Of a DNA stretch of 64,000 nt, positions 57,901-64,000 are shown in pieces. The number at the start of each line of letters is the position of its first letter. Position 1 is the first letter of the stretch. Below the pieces are notes generated by a model that had not been told where the DNA came from, did no database searches, and saw only the letters and a program-made list of their open reading frames with translations. This DNA is from the human T2T-CHM13v2.0 reference genome, Homo sapiens. The stretch lies in NCBI RefSeq assembly GCF_009914755.1, contig NC_060925.1, one strand, 5' to 3'. The position numbers were made by a program, and so were the translations under genes.

Positions 57901-59391
57901 CAACTTTATTAGTATGCTAAAGATTTATGGTGTATTTGAATCTTTTCATATTTATATTTAGAAATAAAATCTTCTGCCAAATAGCAGTCATTTACTTATC
58001 TATTCCTATTATGTGTTTAATTTTTAATAATTATTCCTAAAAGGGGATAGAACAGGAAGGCCACTACTCATTTAAAGTGTATGTGCTTTTCAGAGGGCTT
58101 GACTTATCCCAGGTAGTAAACAGGTAACCTACCAACAAGTGGCACACTGTAACATACAGATTGTAGTAATGGACAAATTGATTGACAGCCAAATCTTGAT
58201 TATCAATGAAACAGATGTAAGGATCCATGGACAATTTACAAATAAAAATAGCAGAGTACTTTAACCATTTGTTTTAATATCTTCTCAAGTATTATAACTA
58301 TGCACAGCAGTGCAAAAATCATAGTAAATATGAATAGTTTTAATTGTCTTCTTTATTCTCTGATGCATCTCCAAATGATCAAGGAAAAAAAAAGGCAGAA
58401 GAAAGAAGTAGCCTGAACAACTCAAACTGTACAATCATTTTCTACACATGATTTTCCCAATAGGTTTGTTATTCTAAATTGCTGGCTGGCTAGACGTGAA
58501 GCAACTGTCTGCTTAGCTCATTCTTCTGGGTAGTGCAAAACAGCAGTCCCCAAAGCAGGGCGTGCAAGGCAACCAGCTCTCAAACAAAAAGATAATATTA
58601 GAAGTCCCATTCCTACTTATTTTTACCTTATTCTTTTTCAATACCTTATTTGTGTGTGTATCTTATAATAGTATAGTCATACATCTAAATAAATTGTAAG
58701 TAAATAACTATATATATGTTGATTATGTGTACTAGAAAATGTTTTAATGAAAGGGATATAAATTAAAAACCCTTGGAGAGCTCTGGGCCAGAAGTGGAGA
58801 ATCATGAATATGAAACCTGCTTTAGCCGCTTATCAGTCATGTGAATTTGGTCAATCGACTCTTTTATAATCTGTAAAATGGGAGTAAGAACACCAGTCCT
58901 TCCTTCCTCACAGTGTTGTACTGAGAACAGAATAAAGCAACTGTAATTGTTTGTAAATTCTATAAAGGCTGTGCAGATTATGATTTTTTTTTTTAGCTTT
59001 TAAAATCTTTTCCTCAAATGTATTTAGTACCCACATTTAATCTTTATAGAAGACCATATTCGAAGTAGTGGGAAGACATTTTACTTTTAGGATCAAAGGA
59101 GAAAAATGTTTAAGGTTTAACAATTCTCTAATTCTAAAAGAGTTATATTTCTTTCCAAACTCTCAGAAAGTTTTGATGGCCAGATATTTTAAACAAAATA
59201 AACTTGGGAATTAAAAAAGGAAAGCAATTAAAAGTAAGTCTGAGATTTAGCTGTAACTTGAGGAGAAAAGAATTTTTACAAGAGGGATAGGAAAAGATAA
59301 GGTCTTAAAAACAAGGAACTAAAAATTAAGACTGAAGTTTTGTAACCTTAGGAGCCAGGATTTTGATGCCAACAGTTAATTATCCCAGAAA

Positions 59392-64000
<4,609 letters not shown>

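Overview
Primate (human or very close ape) genomic DNA, AT-rich and repeat-dense. It covers the middle of PRKACB (PKA catalytic subunit C-beta) on the + strand. I could place the three alternative N-terminal microexons a, b and c (24, 24 and 9 nt), coding exons 2-9 (all GT-AG, frame-consistent), and an alternative terminal exon in intron 8 that truncates the kinase. The first exons and exon 10 lie outside the window. The introns hold an antisense two-LTR ERV1-class provirus with an intact tRNA-Leu primer-binding site, a near full-length antisense L1MA, a dead antisense L1PA, other L1/MIR/L2 fragments, eleven Alus, MER2, a half-MADE1, a solo LTR and several microsatellites. Almost all ORFs in the supplied track are L1/Alu remnants or microsatellite artefacts; the real exons are not in it. 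There is no prokaryote-style novel system here. The best leads are splicing-level: an intron-2 exon giving either a stop codon or a new in-frame N-terminus, an in-frame upstream acceptor at exon 6, a MADE1 plus hairpin at the skippable exon 4, a probable duplication origin of microexons a and b, a candidate poison exon in intron 8, and an unusually well-preserved inverted repeat inside the ERV. Repeat subfamily names are from memory of consensus sequences and repeat boundaries are approximate.
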